From: Aureliella sp.
GTDB taxonomy: Bacteria > Planctomycetota > Planctomycetia > Pirellulales > Pirellulaceae
Assembly (NCBI GenBank): GCA_963691875.1
Contig: OY829846.1
Span: 224,001-288,000 of the forward strand
Direction: 5' to 3'
DNA length: 64,000 nt
The notes beneath the pieces were generated by a model, which worked only from the letters and a program-made list of their open reading frames with translations, did no database searches and was not told the origin of the DNA. Position numbers and translations under genes: made by a program. Below are positions 1 through 10,445 of the stretch, piece after piece. Each line of letters begins with the position of its first letter. The stretch's first letter is position 1.

Positions 1-835
1 GCAACGAATTCAGCAAGCTCAGCAGAAAATGCAGCAAGCCCAAGAGGCTTTAGAGGAGGCGAAACGCGATGAAGCGGTGGAGCAACAGCTCGCAGCCGAA
101 GAGATGCTTCGCGAGGCGATTGAAGAGCTGGAAGAGATTCTTCGACAACTTCGCGAAGAGGAGATCGAACGCTCCCTTGCATCTTTAGAAGATCGCTTGC
201 GTCGGATGCTTGATATGCAGACAGATGTTCTCGATGAGACGACGCGGTTGATGGAAATTTCGGGTGGTGCGACGGCGAATCGGCAAGTTGCGATCAAGGC
301 AAGTCAGCTCGCTGAGGAGGAGAAGAAGATTCTGGCTGAGGGCGAGCGTGCGTATTTGCTACTTCGCGAGGAAGGCTCGAGCTCCGCTTTTCCTGAGGCA
401 GTGGAACAGATGAACGCGGACATTGCCTTCGTGCAAGGACGATTGGGGGACGGAATCGTCGACGAATTGACGAAGGACATTGAAGAGTCCATCGTCAGCT
501 CGCTTGAGGAAATGGTTCAGGCGTTGGTTGAAGTTCAGAAGGAAAACGAGAAGAAGAAACAGCAGCGGCAGCAACAACAACAGCAAGGGCAACAGATGCA
601 ACCCGGCGATCAGCCGCTCGTCGATAAGTTGGCGGAGTTGCGACTGATCAAGACGTTACAGAAGCGGATCAACAAACGCACCGATACAATGTCTAAACGC
701 TTGGAGGACCCAAACGATGTGATCGGGCAGGCGACCAAAGAAGAGATATTGAAGCAGCTGCGAGATCTATCGGGACGTCAAGCAAAGATCTTCGGCGTCA
801 CGAAGAATCTCCTCATCGACGAAAGCGGCAGTTAG
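1..835 (+). CDS. C-terminal part of a large coiled-coil, Gln/Glu-rich hypothetical protein (5'-truncated by window edge)
   Basis: Frame is open from base 2 to TAG at 833-835. Heptad-rich helical sequence, poly-Q linker, and PLVDKLAELRLIK motif typical of planctomycete DUF4175-like proteins. Confidence 0.75.
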   Translation, partial: QRIQQAQQKMQQAQEALEEAKRDEAVEQQLAAEEMLREAIEELEEILRQLREEEIERSLASLEDRLRRMLDMQTDVLDETTRLMEISGGATANRQVAIKASQLAEEEKKILAEGERAYLLLREEGSSSAFPEAVEQMNADIAFVQGRLGDGIVDELTKDIEESIVSSLEEMVQALVEVQKENEKKKQQRQQQQQQGQQMQPGDQPLVDKLAELRLIKTLQKRINKRTDTMSKRLEDPNDVIGQATKEEILKQLRDLSGRQAKIFGVTKNLLIDESGS

Positions 836-1068
836 CGGCTTTCAGCCCGATCCGTATTCCTTCGGCCCGCCAGTTTGTTGGGTTCAATGATCTCCTCGCA
901 CGCGGGGCGTATCACTAGGAAGCTAGGTATTCTATTCACGACCAAGATGCCCTGCCCGAATTTTGATCGATGGAGTAGGATACTCGTTTTGATCTGAACT
1001 ACGCTCTCGGGCAGCCTCCGATGCGTCAGTAAGGCCCGGAAAACTGGGTTTGATTAGCCCCAGGATTT

Positions 1069-2370
1069 ATGGAAAAAACAAAGGTCGGCATTGTTGGACT
1101 GGGAACCGTGGGCAGTGGTGTCGCACGCTTGCTGTTGGATCATGGTGATCGTACTGCCCGCCACGCTGGCCGGACCTTATGGCTGGAAAAGGCCGTCGTC
1201 CGTGACTTGGCACTCCCTCGTGGTTGCGAGATCCCTACCGGCGTGATGACGGATGATCTGACTGAAATTCTCCACGATCCAGAAATCAAAGTCGTTGCAC
1301 AGCTGATTGGCGGCCTGGAACCTGCCCGCAGCGTAATGCTTCAGCTCTTGGAGGCCGGCAAAGACGTCGTAACTGCGAACAAAGCGTTGCTTGCTGAGCA
1401 TGGGCCTGAGTTGTTTGACCGAGCACGGGAACTCGGCCGCTGCATCGCTTTCGAGGCCGCTGTAGCCGGTGGTGTACCAATTATTACAAACGTCAGTCAG
1501 TGTTTTTCTGCAAATCAGATTCACTCACTCCAAGGGATCTTAAACGGAACGTGTAATTACATCGTTTCACAGATGGACTTGTATGGAAAGAGTTACGGCG
1601 AGGCGTTGACGGAAGCACAGTCACTTGGCTTTGCAGAAGCTGACCCGACGATGGACGTCGATGGTACTGACGCAGCACAGAAACTAGCCATCCTTTCTCA
1701 TCTCGCCTTTGGAGCCCGCATACGCTGGGAAGACATTCCCAGAGTTGGAATTGATGCGCTCGACATACGTGACATCGAGTACGCGAAGGAGCTCGGGTAT
1801 CGAATCAAGTTGATCGCTAGCGCGCGCCTGGCGGAAGAAGGCTTAGAGTTGAGTGTTGGACCGACCCTGATTCGTACTGGCCAACCACTGGCGGAAGTGC
1901 GCGCCAATTACAACGCCATCAACGTAGTGGGCGACGCGGTCGGTGACGTTTTCTTTCACGGTCAAGGTGCCGGCCAAATGCCGACGGCCTCGGCCGTCGT
2001 TGCCGACATGATTGACACTGCTGTTGGTCGACAGCCGATCACATTTAAAACGCTCGAGCTGTGGAGCAGTCGTGAGTCTCGCGTGACTCTGAGACCGAAC
2101 GATGAGCTGCCTGGCCGGTTCTACATGCGTTTCCACATCGAAGATGTTCCTGGCGTGATGGCCCAAGTCACATCGATCTTGGGCGAAGAAGAGCTATCTA
2201 TTGCTTCGGTGATTCAGCACGAAGCAGATCCAAATGAGCCACAAGCCAAGGTGCAGCTTGTGATCATGACTCACGAAGCTCCTGAGGCCGCCGCTAGCCG
2301 AGCCGCACAGAAAATTTCAGACCTACCTATCGTCAGCGGCAATAGTGTTCGCATGCGAGTGATGGAGTAA
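1069..2370 (+). CDS. hom: Homoserine dehydrogenase with C-terminal ACT domain
   Basis: VGLGTVG Rossmann motif, VVTANK, FEAAVAGGVP, GILNGTCNY, GFAEADP..DVDG.DAAQK, GAGQMPTASAV, ACT-like C-terminus. Confidence 0.97.
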   Translation: MEKTKVGIVGLGTVGSGVARLLLDHGDRTARHAGRTLWLEKAVVRDLALPRGCEIPTGVMTDDLTEILHDPEIKVVAQLIGGLEPARSVMLQLLEAGKDVVTANKALLAEHGPELFDRARELGRCIAFEAAVAGGVPIITNVSQCFSANQIHSLQGILNGTCNYIVSQMDLYGKSYGEALTEAQSLGFAEADPTMDVDGTDAAQKLAILSHLAFGARIRWEDIPRVGIDALDIRDIEYAKELGYRIKLIASARLAEEGLELSVGPTLIRTGQPLAEVRANYNAINVVGDAVGDVFFHGQGAGQMPTASAVVADMIDTAVGRQPITFKTLELWSSRESRVTLRPNDELPGRFYMRFHIEDVPGVMAQVTSILGEEELSIASVIQHEADPNEPQAKVQLVIMTHEAPEAAASRAAQKISDLPIVSGNSVRMRVME

Positions 2371-2411
2371 GGATTAGCAATAACATCTTCACGATGAAAT
2401 AGGATGTTCCT

Positions 2412-3620
2412 TTGAAGTACGCAATCATCATTCCTGATGGATGTTCCGATTTTCCAGTTGCGGAGCTTGGCGACAAGACTCCCTTGCAGGCTGCCAATAT
2501 TCCGCAGATGGACGCGGTCGCCGCTCAAGGCCTCGTTGGTCGAACCGACAACACGCCAGCGCATTTTCCTGCTGGCAGTGAAGTCGCCAATATGGTTCTG
2601 TTCGGCTACGATCCCAATCAGTATTTTACTGGCCGTGCTCCCATCGAAGCAGCCGCGCAAGGCATCGAACTCGGGCCACACGACTGGGCGATTCGTTGCA
2701 ATTTGGTCAGTATCGTTGACCAAGTGATGGTGGACTTTACCGCCGGGCACATTTCAACCGAAGAAGCAACTTCCCTTCTCGGTTCCTTATCGGCGTCAGT
2801 CGAGGATCCTCGACTAGAGTTTGCTCCAGGCGTTTCTTATCGAAACCTTCTGATCTATCGAGGCAGCGAAGGCACTGCTGCTCCGTTTTCCGCTGATACG
2901 CGGACTCGTGCTCCGCACGATTTGACGGACCTGCCTGTCACCGACGATTATCCTCGGGGTCCCGGCAGCGACTTATTGACCGAATTGATGCAGCGCTCGG
3001 TCCCTCTGTTTGCACAGCATGAAGTCAACAAAGCTCGAACGTCCGCAGGCAAGACAGCTTGCAGTAATATCTGGTTGTGGGGACAAGGTGGCGGACCAAG
3101 TCTGCCTTCTTTTGAATCGCGATTTGGGCTCCAGGGAGTCATGATCACCGCTGTCGATCTACTTCGCGGTCTCGCTGCCCTCATCGGCTGGGATCGAATT
3201 GAAGTAGATGGAGCGACCGGCTACCTCGACACCAACTATGCTGGCAAAGGGCAGGCCGCGGTAGAGGCACTCGACAAGTACGACGTCGTCTGCGTTCACG
3301 TCGAAGCCACCGACGAAGCCTCACACGAAGGACGCGTGGATGAGAAGATCAAAGCCCTCGAAGCCATTGACACGCATGTCGTCGCCCCGGTGCACGAAAA
3401 GCTAAAGGGTATGGGCGAATACCGATTACTCGTTCTCCCCGACCACCCTACCCCCTGCTCCACCAAGAAACATACCCACGGTGCAGTACCGCTCGCAATC
3501 TGTGGTTCCGACATTTCCTCCAGCGGTCAAACCTACAGCGAAGCGACCGCCGCCCAATCCGCCATCGAATTTTCTGACGGCTGGACCATGATGCAACAAT
3601 TCATCCAAGGAAAGTGGTAA
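2412..3620 (+). CDS. apgM: Cofactor-independent phosphoglycerate mutase, ApgM type (AlkP superfamily)
   Basis: KYAIIIPDG, KTPLQAA, AGSEVAN, TGRAPIEA, SYRNL, HVEATDEASH and PDHPTP motifs; TTG start. Confidence 0.88.
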   Translation: MKYAIIIPDGCSDFPVAELGDKTPLQAANIPQMDAVAAQGLVGRTDNTPAHFPAGSEVANMVLFGYDPNQYFTGRAPIEAAAQGIELGPHDWAIRCNLVSIVDQVMVDFTAGHISTEEATSLLGSLSASVEDPRLEFAPGVSYRNLLIYRGSEGTAAPFSADTRTRAPHDLTDLPVTDDYPRGPGSDLLTELMQRSVPLFAQHEVNKARTSAGKTACSNIWLWGQGGGPSLPSFESRFGLQGVMITAVDLLRGLAALIGWDRIEVDGATGYLDTNYAGKGQAAVEALDKYDVVCVHVEATDEASHEGRVDEKIKALEAIDTHVVAPVHEKLKGMGEYRLLVLPDHPTPCSTKKHTHGAVPLAICGSDISSSGQTYSEATAAQSAIEFSDGWTMMQQFIQGKW

Positions 3621-3884
3621 GAATAGCCACGTATTGAAGCGGCGTGGTTCAGCGACAGCATTTTTTCTAGAGCGGAAGAGACGGTATCTTTTTGGTGCTA
3701 ATCATCGGTCTTGGGAAAGCGAAACAGTGGAATCTGGCTGTTTGCTCTTCGAAACGGCTAAGCCGAGTGTTTTCTTGATCGACCGATTTACGGTTTTCGT
3801 TAGATTGCCGTGTGTGTTCAAGAGAGATCCGATGCGCTCCATGCTGGTAGAAGGTTGGCTCCTCATCTTAGTGAAAATGTATGT

Positions 3885-4080
3885 GTGACGCAGCGAATTG
3901 GACTGGCTCTCTTAGGTGGTGGCTTTCGAGCGACTTTAATTCACATTTGAGCTATTAAGTTTCTGCGAGGACAAGGCGTTCTGAAGAACTTGCTGCATAT
4001 CTGCTCGGTTTATCTGCTCGGTTTCTGTAGTTGGCATTACCGTCGCGCAGCTGGTGCTGAACTGGCAAATGCTACCATGG
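3885..4080 (+). pseudogene. Patatin-like phospholipase N-terminal remnant
   Basis: Translates as RIGLALLGGGFRATLIHI*AIKFLRGQGVLKNLLHICSV, then after a 13-bp tandem duplication (TATCTGCTCGGTT at 3998-4010 and 4011-4023) SVVGITVAQLVLNW. This matches the patatin GLALSGGGFRA...HLG...SVSGGS pattern. Confidence 0.75.
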
Positions 4081-4534
4081 CAAAGATCAAAAGTTATACG
4101 AGGCGGTTGAAGAACTGACGAGCTTTGCAAAGACCGATTTGCGGGGCTTTGTGTTTCGGCCTTAGCTCTCTCCTGCACTTGCCTGGGATCCCCAGGATGA
4201 TTGGGCACAAGAAGTTGACTCGGTTCATGTTGTGTGAAGCGCAGTACGATTGTTTCTTCTGAAGAGCAAAACCGAGCGATCTTAAGAGAAGGGACTAGTC
4301 GAACAATTGGCTCGACCTCTGTCACGCAGATTTGAGAGTTAGGGGAAGGCTGCAGGCCGAGGATAGCTAGCATAGGGCTGTCGCGTTTGCAGGCTTTTTC
4401 TTGGTCAATCGCAGCAATCGCGGGATTGGGCAAGAAACGAACTTGGCAAAAGTTTGCGGAATGGTTTAAGTTGCCCAGGTGACGGAAGATCCGTCAGGTT
4501 CGACCAGGTGACTCAATCCAGGGAAGGCTCAGTC

Positions 4535-5800
4535 ATGGCGAAGGAATCGTTTCGCTTTATCCATGCCAGCGACTTTCATCTTGAACGTCCAATGCATGAT
4601 ATTTCCGATCTCCCAGACCATCTCAAAGAAGCACTGGTCGAAGCGCCTTGGAGGGCTGCGGAGTCTGTTTTTGAACATGCGATTTTGGAGAACGTTGACT
4701 TTATCGTCCTCGCTGGAGACCTCTTGAATCTCTCTGCTGCGGGTGCTCAAGGGGCGGCGTTCTTACTCGATCAGTTTGAAAACCTGAGGCAGCGCGACAT
4801 CCAGGTTTTTTGGGCCGGCGGAGAGTTGGATGCACCGGAGCTTTGGCCGGAGCCAGTGCGGTTGCCGGACAATGTCCATATGTTCTCTAGCGACGAAGTT
4901 GAAGCTGTTGTGTATCGCCGCAATCAAGTTCCGCTAGCAACGATTCTTGGGAGAAGTAGCGACGGTAGCGAAACGGTAAAGGCAGTTGAGTTCGCTCGGG
5001 AGCCAGACGAGAACTACGTGATCGCAGTTGCTCATGGTCGTGCAGATAGCGAGACGCTTCGCAGCGAACGTGTCGACTACTGGGCACTTGGCGGCAAGCA
5101 TCAAGCAGAAATCCTCCAAACGGAAGAGCCCATTATTCGCTACTGTGGCTCGCCTCAAGCTCGTGAACTGAGCGAAGAGGGGGCTCACGGTTTTGTCCTG
5201 GTCGATGTAGACGCTCAGCGCTGCATCCAAGTGCACTCGATCGACGCGGATGTCTTTCGCTACTCGGAGCAAGACATTGATGCGGACGACATGGCAATGG
5301 GCCGCGACGTTCGACAGGTCCTCGCCAAGCGAGTCGCTCGGCTGCAGAGCGAAGCTTCAGGCCGCAACCTGTTGGTGAAGTGGCGAGTGCAAATCGACGT
5401 GGAAAACGCTTCTATGGTCGGCCCTTCGGCACTCGAAGAGTTACTAACTTGGCTGCGTCGCGAATTTGGCCAAGGCTCTCCTGCCTGCTGGTCCACTGAA
5501 ATTGAAATTCTGCCGCCGAAGGCACTGCCCGCGAAGTGGAAAGAGGAAGACACGATTCTGGGTGACTTTTTGAGAATTGCAGCGGAACAACGCAAAGAAG
5601 ACAAGCCGCTGAATCTCAAGCCCATGATCGATGCAGAAACGCCTGGCACGAATGTCTGGCAAGCTGCACTTAGCATTTCGAACACAAGCTCCCAGTCGAT
5701 GACGCTGGACAAGAGCACTTTGTTGGGAGTTGATCTCCTGCGTGGTCATCAAGTGGATTTGATGGCAACTACCCGCCGATTCGGAGGATCCGAAAAGTGA
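4535..5800 (+). CDS. YhaO/SbcD(Mre11)-like metallophosphoesterase, catalytic motifs degenerate
   Basis: FRFIHASDFHL, VDFIVLAGDL, VAHG, DYWALG, Y.GSPQ motifs. GTGA overlap with the next gene. ATG 4535 chosen as start. Confidence 0.88.
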   Translation: MAKESFRFIHASDFHLERPMHDISDLPDHLKEALVEAPWRAAESVFEHAILENVDFIVLAGDLLNLSAAGAQGAAFLLDQFENLRQRDIQVFWAGGELDAPELWPEPVRLPDNVHMFSSDEVEAVVYRRNQVPLATILGRSSDGSETVKAVEFAREPDENYVIAVAHGRADSETLRSERVDYWALGGKHQAEILQTEEPIIRYCGSPQARELSEEGAHGFVLVDVDAQRCIQVHSIDADVFRYSEQDIDADDMAMGRDVRQVLAKRVARLQSEASGRNLLVKWRVQIDVENASMVGPSALEELLTWLRREFGQGSPACWSTEIEILPPKALPAKWKEEDTILGDFLRIAAEQRKEDKPLNLKPMIDAETPGTNVWQAALSISNTSSQSMTLDKSTLLGVDLLRGHQVDLMATTRRFGGSEK

Positions 5801-8800
5801 AAATCAAGGATATACAAATTGATGGCTTCGGTGTCTGGTCGGGAATGACCGTTCACTCCATGCCCGACACGATGACTGTCTTCTACGGGCCGAATGAGGC
5901 TGGTAAGACGACGTTGATGAATTTCCTGCGGACGATGTTCTATGGCTTCACGCCGGATCGACGCACCCGATACCTGCCGCCGGTCTACGGTGGTAAGCCC
6001 GGCGGAGCGATTCGGGTAACCGGTCCTGGTGGTGGCTACGAAATCACGCGACGAGCTCAGATGGATCAAGGCGGAATAGCCGGAGCCCTGACCGTCACAG
6101 GCAGCGATGGCTTGCAGCAAGGCGCTCACCGTCTGACCATGTTGCTCGGTCAGGTTGACGAGTCGATCTTCACGAACGTGTTTGCTATCGGGCTGCGCGA
6201 GTTGCAGGAACTTAGCACTCTGGACGACACGGCAGCAGCGGATGAACTTTACAAGTTGTCGAGTGGCTTGGACCGCGTCTCGCTCGTCGATGTGACTCGA
6301 CAGCTAAAAACGGGGCGGCAAACGATTGTCGGTCCAACTTTGGAAGAAGGCCAAATGCAGCGTCTGATGACGATGCGTGAGAGGCTCAAAGACGAGATCG
6401 ACACGCTGGCCATGCAAGGTAAGCGTTGGGCTGAGCTCGCCGCACTGCGGAACACGCAGAACCTGGAGCTGGAAGAACTAAAAGAACGCATTACTCAGTG
6501 GGAGCTGGAATCCAAAACCTATGAAGTTGCGATTCAAGTGAGCCCAAACTGGGTGAAGCGTTGTGAGATCGAACACAGTATTGCGGCGTTGAACGCGCGG
6601 ACGGATGTGCCTGAGTCGGCGGCCGAGAAACTAGAGGAGCTCAACGCGAAACGTGCCGAGCGTGAAGATAATCTAGAGGAGCTGCGGGATAAAAGGCGCG
6701 GACTGCGTCTTGAGGCGCGACGTTTGCCACTCCGTCGTGGCGTCTTGGAACTATCGAACAAGATCGAGGCGGCCGCCGAACAGACTCCTTGGATCAATTC
6801 GCTGCAAAAGAACATTCAGCGCGTTGAATCCCAGATAGAGCAGACGAAGCGCCAGCTCGTTGAGGATTCTCAGCGTCTGGACGTAAGCGAAGAAGATCAG
6901 CAAGCCTTGCTTGAAGATCGCGAACTGCGTTCGATGCCAGATCTCTCTCGGCAGACGATCAACGCATTGGCAGAGCCGGCTAGTGAGGTGCGGATTTGGT
7001 CCACACGCTTCAAGCAGGCGAAACAACAGGCCGCGACTGACAAGAAGCAGATGGAGCAACTCGAAGCTGAGTTGGACGAAGCCCTTGAGTCGCGAGGCGG
7101 CAACGATATCGATTCGTTAATGGCGAAAAATAACGACTCGGTAAGTTTGCTTCGCAGGCGAATTCTGGTGCAAGAGACACTGGATCAGCAAAATAGTCGC
7201 AGAGAGCAGCTGGAAGACCAGGTTGTAAGCCTTCAGGTCGATGACGCGTTGCCTGTCAGTCATTCGATGCTCATGGCATTGTTCTTTATCAGTGGCGGTA
7301 CGCTGCTGTTGTGGGGCTTCAGCACCATGTGGAACGATCCAGAGGCGATGCAGAATGGTGTCTTGACGTCCGGATTTGGTGTCTTGCTTTTGTTTGCGGG
7401 CCTCATGTTTGGTAGCAATGTAGAACGCGGCACAGCATCTGAACTCGACAATGCTGAAGAGCAGCTGTTAGCACTTAAGAAGGAAATTCGGAATACGGAA
7501 GCCGAGCGAGACGAGTGCGAAAGACGCTTGCCGCCGTACACAGGTTCGCTTGAGTCGCGTCTGAGGGACGCTCAGTCTGAGCTGGACGAGTTGCAAGACT
7601 TGTTGCCGGTGCAGCACAATTACATTGCTGCCAAAGATCGCTATCAAGCAGCCCGAAAACGAGCTTCCCAAGCTCATGGTTCTGTCAAAGCGGCCAAGAC
7701 TCACTGGCAAACCATGCTGCGCCAGCTTGGTCTGGCTGAGTCGCTGTCGCCTCGTAACTTGCGAGTGATGGCGGAAGGTTACGATTCGCTGATGCAAACA
7801 CGTCGGCATCTCTATTCACTGGAAGAAGAGCTTGATAATCGCAAGCTGGAGTTGGGGGCGATCACGCAAAGAATTGATTCACTCGCACAACAGACTCTCG
7901 CCGCCAGCATTGCAAGCGACCTGAGAAATGCTTCGAAAAATCGAGATTTGTCTTATGAAGGTGATGCCACCTCAGACTTGAGCGATGCCGATTATCAAGG
8001 GGTAGTTGCGGGAGACTATGAAGATGATGATGTGACGGCACTTGCGGAATCTCTAGACACTCCAGTGGCAGATCAAAATCCTGGGCTGCGTAGCGAAGCA
8101 GCGGTCAACGGACACTATGTGTCTGTGAAAGCCGACGTGGCGGCGGGCAATCGAGCTTTGGATCAGCTCGCCAAGATGAATTCTCTGGTGGCGTCGCAAG
8201 AGCAATTTGTACACCAGAAACGGGCTCTGAAAGACCAAGACCATCAGTTGGCGAAACAGAGTGCCGTGGTTCAGAAAGCCATCGACAAGCTCGATCGCGT
8301 TCACAGCGCTGTATTGACTGAGCATGGTTTTGAGACCGAAGAGCAGTTGGTTGCCGCGTTGGACATCAAGCATCAGCATGAGCAACTGGAGGCTCAGTTG
8401 AGGGAGTACTCGGAGCGAATTCAAGCTGTAATCGCTGGCACGGTTCCTTACGAAACCGTCGATCGTTTGATGTCGGGCGAAGAAGCGGAAGCTGGTGTTC
8501 AGCTTCGGTCGACTGGTCACGAGTATTTAGAGACGCGATGGACCGCGATTGGTCAGCGAACCCAGCAAGCGCAGGAACGCGTCGATCAGTTGCACCTGCG
8601 GCAAGGAGAGTTGGGGCAAGAGATGAAGTCTCTCGCTTCGAATACCAGGCTAGCAGAAGCGCGATTGGAACTCAGCTGCCTTGAGAATCAAATCAAAGCC
8701 TGTGCGGAACACTGGCAGAGCTTGGCTCTCACGACCGGCTTGTTGGATCGAGTATGCGACGTTTACGAAGCGGAGCGACAACCCGAAACCTTGCGAGAAG

Positions 8801-9531
8801 CCTCGGCATTTTTGACACAGTTGACCGAAGGCAAATACGTTCGCATCTGGACACCTCTTGGCAAGAACCAACTGCGCATCGATCATGCCAACGGCCAAGC
8901 CTTACCGTTGGAGGTGCTTTCCCGGGGTACGCGCGAAGCAGTCTTTATCGCCCTGCGACTAAGTTTGGCTGCTGCCTATGCTCGTCGCGGCGTCACTATC
9001 CCTCTGGTGCTGGACGACGTTCTTGTGAACTTTGACTCTGTCCGTGCCGAATCGGCAGCGAAAGTACTTCGCGACTTTGCGAGCCTTGGCCATCAGGTAG
9101 TCATGTTCACTTGCCACGAGCACATTATGAAGATCTTCTACGAGATCGGTGTCCAAGTCCGGGTGCTACCGCAACAAGGTGAAGCGGGCGAAGCAGAGAT
9201 ATACTACCCAGAGATGGTTGCAGAGCCGGAGCCAATTGAAGAGCCCGAGCCAGAAATCGAATTGGATTTGGATGTTGAAGAGGAGGTTCCCGAGCCTGAG
9301 CCGATCAAGGTTGAGATCAATCCTCCGTCCCCCAACCCGTCCAGGCCAGTACGCAGGTTGGTGGTCGTTGATCAGCAACCCGAGATTGACTGGCTGTGGT
9401 ACGAACGCAATCCAGACTCCGTTGACTGGGGCTGGGTCGAAGCCTCTGAACAAGTGGACGAGGACACTCTGCCGCCCGACCTGTGGCGCAACCGTCCTTT
9501 GCCCGTATTTGAGCAAGATGGACAAATGTAG
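5797..9531 (+). CDS. YhaN/SbcC-like SMC-family ATPase (AAA_27) with internal transmembrane hairpin
   Basis: Walker A YGPNEAGKTT, long coiled coils, hydrophobic hairpin mid-protein, signature LSRGTREA, Walker B LVLDDVLVNFD, FTCH switch, acidic Pro-rich tail. Confidence 0.92.
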   Translation: MKIKDIQIDGFGVWSGMTVHSMPDTMTVFYGPNEAGKTTLMNFLRTMFYGFTPDRRTRYLPPVYGGKPGGAIRVTGPGGGYEITRRAQMDQGGIAGALTVTGSDGLQQGAHRLTMLLGQVDESIFTNVFAIGLRELQELSTLDDTAAADELYKLSSGLDRVSLVDVTRQLKTGRQTIVGPTLEEGQMQRLMTMRERLKDEIDTLAMQGKRWAELAALRNTQNLELEELKERITQWELESKTYEVAIQVSPNWVKRCEIEHSIAALNARTDVPESAAEKLEELNAKRAEREDNLEELRDKRRGLRLEARRLPLRRGVLELSNKIEAAAEQTPWINSLQKNIQRVESQIEQTKRQLVEDSQRLDVSEEDQQALLEDRELRSMPDLSRQTINALAEPASEVRIWSTRFKQAKQQAATDKKQMEQLEAELDEALESRGGNDIDSLMAKNNDSVSLLRRRILVQETLDQQNSRREQLEDQVVSLQVDDALPVSHSMLMALFFISGGTLLLWGFSTMWNDPEAMQNGVLTSGFGVLLLFAGLMFGSNVERGTASELDNAEEQLLALKKEIRNTEAERDECERRLPPYTGSLESRLRDAQSELDELQDLLPVQHNYIAAKDRYQAARKRASQAHGSVKAAKTHWQTMLRQLGLAESLSPRNLRVMAEGYDSLMQTRRHLYSLEEELDNRKLELGAITQRIDSLAQQTLAASIASDLRNASKNRDLSYEGDATSDLSDADYQGVVAGDYEDDDVTALAESLDTPVADQNPGLRSEAAVNGHYVSVKADVAAGNRALDQLAKMNSLVASQEQFVHQKRALKDQDHQLAKQSAVVQKAIDKLDRVHSAVLTEHGFETEEQLVAALDIKHQHEQLEAQLREYSERIQAVIAGTVPYETVDRLMSGEEAEAGVQLRSTGHEYLETRWTAIGQRTQQAQERVDQLHLRQGELGQEMKSLASNTRLAEARLELSCLENQIKACAEHWQSLALTTGLLDRVCDVYEAERQPETLREASAFLTQLTEGKYVRIWTPLGKNQLRIDHANGQALPLEVLSRGTREAVFIALRLSLAAAYARRGVTIPLVLDDVLVNFDSVRAESAAKVLRDFASLGHQVVMFTCHEHIMKIFYEIGVQVRVLPQQGEAGEAEIYYPEMVAEPEPIEEPEPEIELDLDVEEEVPEPEPIKVEINPPSPNPSRPVRRLVVVDQQPEIDWLWYERNPDSVDWGWVEASEQVDEDTLPPDLWRNRPLPVFEQDGQM

Positions 9532-9584
9532 AATTTCCCGGATTTCCGTTTGATTTCGAAAAGCTGGGAAACTAGAAGACGCAG

Positions 9585-9614
9585 AAGGGCAACAGTCAAA
9601 TGGTTGCCCTTTTT
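9585..9614 (+). terminator. Rho-independent terminator
   Basis: AAGGGCAAC-N9-GTTGCCCTT followed by T residues, downstream of the YhaN-like gene. Confidence 0.7.
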
Positions 9615-9719
9615 GCATTGCTGTTTGATCCCATCCGAATCTAATCCGACTTTTGTAATCGCCAACCTTCGATTCGCTGACTGCTGAATTAGTATGTTGG
9701 CATTCCAAGAGTTTAAGAT

Positions 9720-10445
9720 ATGGCGAAGAAAAGCGAATCAAAGCGCAAAGACAGCACAGGTGCGGATGAGCTCCTCGTTGCTGGTAAGACTTCAGGGAGG
9801 CCGAAGTCTGGAATGAGCTGGCGCCAAATCTTTTTTTCTTGCGCTATCATATTGCACTTTTCGACGATTTTCGTCGCGCTCGGCTCGAATCTGATTCAGA
9901 GCCGCTTGCAGCAGAGTTTGATGAGTTGGTTGTCTCCTTATCTGATCTCCACGGCTCAGGGCTATGGAACGACACCCATTGAATTGACGCATGGGGAGGA
10001 CTTCGACTTTCCGGTCCAGTTGGAGTACTTGCAGCAAGGAGCTGGTCAGTGGCGAAGAATCAACAGCCACGGACTTTCTCGAGCAACGCAGACACGTTGG
10101 CCTCACCTGATGCGAACTCTTGGGATTGTCATGCAGGATGATCCTGAAGCGGAGGTGATCGGCGAGTTTCTTTTCCGACTTGTTATCGTCGCGGAATCGG
10201 AACTCAAAAATGTCACAGCAGTTCGCATTTTGCAGCCAGACCGACTGAATTTTGATGAAGCGAAGATTGCCGCTGAAGGCGGAGAGGAATTGGTTGGAGT
10301 CAAGGATTTTGTGCTCTACCAAGCCAGCGTTGTTCGCAAGGGTGATGCGATTGTAGGGTTGAATCCGTCGCAAGAAAGGTATCGCAGCAGCGCTCCGGAT
10401 AAGCCGGAAAGCGATACGAATGCGGGGGGAGGGGCAAAGGAATGA
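9720..10445 (+). CDS. Membrane-anchored hypothetical protein, possibly DUF5819/SdpA-like partner of the HTTM protein
   Basis: Single N-terminal hydrophobic helix IILHFSTIFVALGSN, LSPYL motif; overlaps the downstream HTTM-like gene. Confidence 0.6.
   Translation: MAKKSESKRKDSTGADELLVAGKTSGRPKSGMSWRQIFFSCAIILHFSTIFVALGSNLIQSRLQQSLMSWLSPYLISTAQGYGTTPIELTHGEDFDFPVQLEYLQQGAGQWRRINSHGLSRATQTRWPHLMRTLGIVMQDDPEAEVIGEFLFRLVIVAESELKNVTAVRILQPDRLNFDEAKIAAEGGEELVGVKDFVLYQASVVRKGDAIVGLNPSQERYRSSAPDKPESDTNAGGGAKE

Noticed and set aside
950..1020. Riboswitch or attenuator upstream of hom
   Set aside because: Only a CTGCCCGA/TCGGGCAG inverted repeat; no recognisable SAM, lysine or T-box consensus and no Thr-rich leader peptide.
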